From Gemmatimonas sp. (GTDB lineage: Bacteria > Gemmatimonadota > Gemmatimonadetes > Gemmatimonadales > Gemmatimonadaceae), in the NCBI GenBank assembly GCA_965279375.1, contig OZ257156.1:3392001-3456000 (forward strand): a stretch of 64,000 nt of DNA, read 5' to 3'. Numbering within the stretch: position 1 is the stretch's first letter; each line of letters begins with the position of its first letter. Below the pieces are notes generated by a model that was given only the letters and a program-made list of their open reading frames with translations, was not told the origin of the DNA and did no database searches. The translations under genes and the position numbers were made by a program. Shown here in pieces: positions 60,010 through 64,000 of this stretch.

Positions 60010-62474
60010 TGCGCCGTGGCGGATGGTGCACGATGCTGGCGGGGCTCGGCCTGTGGGCGCTGGCGACGACACTCCGCGCGCAGGAGGTGCGCGAGGTCGA
60101 GGGAGACGTGCGGGAACGCGTGGAGTGGATGCTGCGCGATCGCGCCTATCCGTTTGGTGAGATCGATCGCAGTCCCGTGTTCGCTGCTCGAGCATCAGCG
60201 CTCTTCAATCGCATCGCGCCCGCACTGACCGCGGTCGCTCCTTGGCGCTCCGTCGGCCCGTTCGGCTTTCAGACGTCAGCGTTCTACGGCTCGTCGCCGC
60301 TGGCCGACGGCGGGCGCGTGCGTGCGATCGCCATCGACCCGCGCAACTCGAGTGTGATTTATGCGGGCTCTGCCTCGGGAGGCGTCTGGCGCACCAGCAA
60401 TGGAGGCGCCACGTGGACGCCGCTGACTGACGCGCAGTGTTCGCTCACTACGGGCGCAATCGCTATCGATCCCGTCGACCCCAGCATTCTGTATGTCGGC
60501 ACCGGCGAGCCGACGCAGTCGAACGGGTGCGGTCTGCTGCGAACGTTCGATGGTGGCGCAACGTGGACCGAGATCAACGGTGGTGGCGTGCTCGCGCCCA
60601 CCAACGGCACGCGTGCCAGTCAGACATATCGCATCGCCATCGATCCGGGGTCGGCAGGTTCGCGTACCTCGACCGTTGTCTTGTACGCGGCCTCCAACGG
60701 ACTCCATCGCTCGGCGAATAGTGGCGCAACTTGGACCACCGTGCTCACTGGCTTCGTGACCGACGTGCACGCCGACCCGACGCGATCGAACGTCTTCTGG
60801 GCGGCGGTGGGGAACAGCAGCAGTCGCGGTGGTATCTGGCGCTCGGCTGATCGCGGCGTCACCTGGACGCAGGTCTATCGCGCGCCGGCAGGGAGCGGTC
60901 GCATCGGGTTGGGAATGTCGAGCGCCGCCCCGGGGCGACTCTGGGCTGCGATGTCCAACACCGCCGACAATCGACTCGGTACCTTCCTTCGCTACGACGA
61001 TCGCGACGAGAGCGTGGCGATTCTGGCAGCAACGGGCGTCAACGACAACTCCACGCGACTCGACTTCGGCGGTCAGACGTCGTACAACCTGGTGGTCGAG
61101 GCCGATCCGACCGACTCCGCGACGGTGTACCTGGGCGGCTCGCGCATGTATCGCTCGCGTGATGGCGGCGCGACGTTCTCGCTCGTGGCGTACAACCTGC
61201 ACGTGGACTGGCACGCATTCGAGTTCGCGCCAAGCGACCCGACGGTGATCGTCAGCGGCAGCGATGGCGGAGTGCATGCATCGTACGACGGCGGCGAACG
61301 CTGGATCAGCCGCAATACCAACATCGTCGTCGCGCAGTTCTATCCGGGCATCGGCATACATCCAAGCACGCCGGATGTGCTCGTTGGTGGCCTGCAGGAC
61401 AACAGCACCCTCTGGGCGTTCGGCTCACCGTACTGGACGCTGGCGGTTGCCAGCGGCGATGGGGGCGCCGGCGGATTCAGCCCCGACAACCCCGACATCT
61501 TCTGGTCCACGAGCTACAGCGTCGGCTCGATCTATCGCATCACGCGGTCGGGGTTGGGCTTCGGGCTTGGCGTCGAGAATCGCGGCTTCACTGTGAACAC
61601 GGCGGAGCGTAAGCGCTTTCTGCCGCCAATGGTGATCGACCCCAGCACCGGCTCGACGCTGTACTACGGTACGTATCGGCTGTGGCGCACGACGGCGGAG
61701 GGCCGGTTCGGCAGCTGGTCACCCATCACGCCCGACCTGACGAAGGGCGCCGGCGTCATCAACACCATCGAGGTCGCGCCATCCGACCCGCGCGTGATCT
61801 GGGTGGGCACCAACGACGGCAACGTGCACCGGTCGATAGACGGCGGCGCGTCGTTCACGCTGGTCTCCGCGTCGCTTCCCAACCGGGCGGTTACCAAGAT
61901 TGCGGCCGATCCGCTCGACGCGCGTCGTGCTCTGCTGACGCTGTCAGGGTTTGGGACGCCGCACCTGTACCTGACCACCGATCAGGGGGCGACGTGGGCG
62001 AATGTGTCCGGTGCTCTCCCGGACCTGCCGTTCAATGCGGCCGTCATCGTCCCCGGTACCAACCGATTCTTCGCAGCGGGCGACATCGGCGTGTACGAGA
62101 CCGCGGATGCCGGGGCCACATGGGCGAACGCATATCCCGGCTTGCCGAACGTGCAGGTGCTCGACCTCGTGCTCCAGCGCAGCACCGGACTGCTGTACGC
62201 CGGTACCTACGGACGCGGCATCTTCTCCACCAGCGTGCTCACTGGGCGTACCGCGCTGCGTGGCGACGTCAACGGTGACGGGGCCGTGAATGCGGGGGAC
62301 GCCCTGTTGGCGCAGCTCGCCATCGTTGGACTCTTCCCTTCGAGTGCCGGCAACCCGCTGCCAGCGGCCGACGCCAACTGCAATGGCCGGATGGACGCCG
62401 GGGACCCGTTGGCCATTCTGCAGTTCGCCGTGGGCACGCCGGTTCCGGGGCTGTGCGTCGGCACCGTGCGCTAG
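60006..62474 (+). CDS. secreted BNR/Asp-box beta-propeller (GH74/sortilin-like) with C-terminal dockerin
   Basis: Nine or so [ST].[DN].G.[TS][WF] Asp-boxes; C-terminal GDVNGDGAVNAGDALL..ADANCNGRMDAGDPLAIL duplicated Ca-binding motifs. Confidence 0.88.
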   Translation: MMRRGGWCTMLAGLGLWALATTLRAQEVREVEGDVRERVEWMLRDRAYPFGEIDRSPVFAARASALFNRIAPALTAVAPWRSVGPFGFQTSAFYGSSPLADGGRVRAIAIDPRNSSVIYAGSASGGVWRTSNGGATWTPLTDAQCSLTTGAIAIDPVDPSILYVGTGEPTQSNGCGLLRTFDGGATWTEINGGGVLAPTNGTRASQTYRIAIDPGSAGSRTSTVVLYAASNGLHRSANSGATWTTVLTGFVTDVHADPTRSNVFWAAVGNSSSRGGIWRSADRGVTWTQVYRAPAGSGRIGLGMSSAAPGRLWAAMSNTADNRLGTFLRYDDRDESVAILAATGVNDNSTRLDFGGQTSYNLVVEADPTDSATVYLGGSRMYRSRDGGATFSLVAYNLHVDWHAFEFAPSDPTVIVSGSDGGVHASYDGGERWISRNTNIVVAQFYPGIGIHPSTPDVLVGGLQDNSTLWAFGSPYWTLAVASGDGGAGGFSPDNPDIFWSTSYSVGSIYRITRSGLGFGLGVENRGFTVNTAERKRFLPPMVIDPSTGSTLYYGTYRLWRTTAEGRFGSWSPITPDLTKGAGVINTIEVAPSDPRVIWVGTNDGNVHRSIDGGASFTLVSASLPNRAVTKIAADPLDARRALLTLSGFGTPHLYLTTDQGATWANVSGALPDLPFNAAVIVPGTNRFFAAGDIGVYETADAGATWANAYPGLPNVQVLDLVLQRSTGLLYAGTYGRGIFSTSVLTGRTALRGDVNGDGAVNAGDALLAQLAIVGLFPSSAGNPLPAADANCNGRMDAGDPLAILQFAVGTPVPGLCVGTVR

Positions 62475-62609
62475 CGAGCAGCGCTGCGGGCGCTAGATGG
62501 TTTGCTGGCGAACGGTGGAACTTCGTTGCTGATCTGCGACGAAGTCGGTGCGTCAGGGGGACCAGGGGCGCGCTAAATTACGCGAGTCGATCGGAGCCGT
62601 TTTTCCAAC

Positions 62610-62624
62610 CGGCACGGGTGGTGC
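62610..62624 (+). promoter_or_regulatory. possible sigma54 promoter of the downstream TonB receptor
   Basis: CGGCACGGGTGGTGC with GG-N10-GC spacing; the -12 element is imperfect. Confidence 0.35.
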
Positions 62625-62735
62625 GCTGCGTCCCGCAGCTCGTCGCCGCCTTCGTTACACACCATCGCACGGCTGAGTGCCTGTCGATCGGTGGATGTAT
62701 CAGCTATGCGAAGACCAAACTCTCAGGAGATGGGA

Positions 62736-64000
62736 ATGAAGCGCTGGTTCACGAAGTTTGCGGGAGCGGCGCTGTCGCTCACGCTTGGGCTCTTGCTCGC
62801 AGCCCCGATCACTGCGCTCCGCGCGCAGGGTGTCACCACCGGCTCGATGAGCGGTACGGTGAAGAGCGACAAGGGCGTCGTTGCCTCGGCACGAATCGTT
62901 GCCGTCCATCAGCCATCTGGCACGACCTATCAGGCGCTGAGCCGCGCCGACGGTCGCTTTCTGATCCCCGCCATGCGCGTCGGCGGCCCCTACACGGTGA
63001 CGGCCATCGCGCTCGGCTACGAGCGCAATGCGCAGAACGGGCTCGAGGTCACGCTCGGCTCCTCCACCGACGTGAGCTTTGAACTCAAGACCGTCGCAGT
63101 GGTGCTCTCGGGCGTCCAGGTCACGGCCACTGGTGGTGCGCTCAGCTCGCGTATCACAGGCGCCTCGACGACGATTCCGAAGGAAGCCATCGCGGCGTTC
63201 CCGACCATCGGCCGTACGATCACCGACTTCACGCGTCTGACGCCGCAGTCCAGCGGATCCTCGTTCGCGGGTCAGGACAACCGCCTGAACAACATCACGC
63301 TCGATGGATCGTACTTCAACAACTCGTTCGGTCTGGGCTCGCAGCCGGGTGCCCGCACGGGCGTGTCGCCGATTCCGATCGACGCCATCGAGCAGATTCA
63401 GGTCAACATCGCGCCGTTCGACGTGCGCCAGGGCGGCTTCACCGGCGCCGGCGTCAACGCAGTCACCAAGAGCGGCGGCAACGAATTCAAGGGCTCGCTC
63501 TACTACACCACGCGTAACCAGGGGCTCGTCGGCGACAGCACGGCCGGCGTCTTCTTCAACAAGGGCAAGTTCAAGTTCACGCAGCCCGGCGGTTACGTCA
63601 GCGGCCCGCTGATCAAGAACAAGCTGTTCTTCTTTGTGGACTACGAGACGGACGAGCTCACGCAGCCGGCGACGAGCTTCGTGGCGAACACGGGCGGTCA
63701 GGCGATCTCCGGCAACACCACGCGCGTGCTGCAGTCGGATATCGCGACGCTCAGCGCCTTCCTCAAGGACAAGTTCAACTACGTGACCGGTCCGGCGCAG
63801 GGCTTCAACCTCGCGGTTCCGTCCAACCGTACGATCGCGAAGATCGACTGGAACGTGAACGACCGGAACAAGTTCAGCTTCCGCTATAGCGATCTCGAGT
63901 CCAAGTCCGACCAGCCGATCTCCAACTCCAACGCCCTCGGCACGCTCGGCAATCGTCGCGACAACCTCAACTCGATGAGCTTCCAGAACTCCGGATACGC
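62736..64000 (+). CDS. Oar-like TonB-dependent receptor (3'-truncated by window edge)
   Basis: Read directly from the sequence (absent from the ORF track because no stop is reached): AGGAG RBS; MKRWFTK..AQGVTTGSMSGTV..MRVGGPYTVT, NNITLDGSYFNNSFG, DAIEQIQVNIAPFDVRQGGFTGAGVNAVTKSGGN and GPLIKNKLFFF. Confidence 0.92.
   Translation, partial: MKRWFTKFAGAALSLTLGLLLAAPITALRAQGVTTGSMSGTVKSDKGVVASARIVAVHQPSGTTYQALSRADGRFLIPAMRVGGPYTVTAIALGYERNAQNGLEVTLGSSTDVSFELKTVAVVLSGVQVTATGGALSSRITGASTTIPKEAIAAFPTIGRTITDFTRLTPQSSGSSFAGQDNRLNNITLDGSYFNNSFGLGSQPGARTGVSPIPIDAIEQIQVNIAPFDVRQGGFTGAGVNAVTKSGGNEFKGSLYYTTRNQGLVGDSTAGVFFNKGKFKFTQPGGYVSGPLIKNKLFFFVDYETDELTQPATSFVANTGGQAISGNTTRVLQSDIATLSAFLKDKFNYVTGPAQGFNLAVPSNRTIAKIDWNVNDRNKFSFRYSDLESKSDQPISNSNALGTLGNRRDNLNSMSFQNSGY

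Noticed and set aside
1..64000. Mobile elements, prophage, tRNA/rRNA, CRISPR and complete defence systems
   Set aside because: No transposase, integrase, phage structural, cas or RNA-gene signatures recognised by eye; short ncRNAs could have been missed without covariance searches

Overview
A GC-rich, gene-dense bacterial chromosomal window, most likely Gemmatimonadota. That assignment is inferred from the eukaryote-like Ser/Thr kinase with a TolB-like domain, several TonB/carboxypeptidase-regulatory outer-membrane proteins and a PEP-CTERM protein. About 52 CDS are supported. No rRNA, tRNA, CRISPR array, IS or prophage was recognised. Housekeeping blocks: thrA-thrB-thrC, glgP-glgA-GH57, MATE, a DnaQ-like exonuclease, GH31, a subtilase, a GGDEF protein and tandem GMC oxidoreductases. 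Highlights: (1) a translationally coupled four-gene operon (56.8-62.5 kb) encoding an Ig-repeat lipoprotein ending in a cohesin-like domain, a small cohesin-like lipoprotein and an Asp-box beta-propeller with a clear C-terminal dockerin, which is a candidate cellulosome-like surface assembly in a diderm; (2) a four-enzyme peptide-ligase operon (RimK-like ATP-grasp, circularly permuted ATP-grasp, C26 gamma-glutamyl hydrolase, YbdK-like ligase) with unknown product; (3) an intergenic DnaA-box cluster with an IHF-like site (11.4-11.6 kb), near an orphan helical protein ending in a clamp-binding-like motif; (4) a subclass B3 metallo-beta-lactamase between two ArsR-SRPBCC modules with visible promoters and palindromic operators; (5) a HmuY-TonB receptor pair and a PEP-CTERM gene with a sigma54-type promoter. 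All functional calls come from motif recognition by eye; no database search was run.
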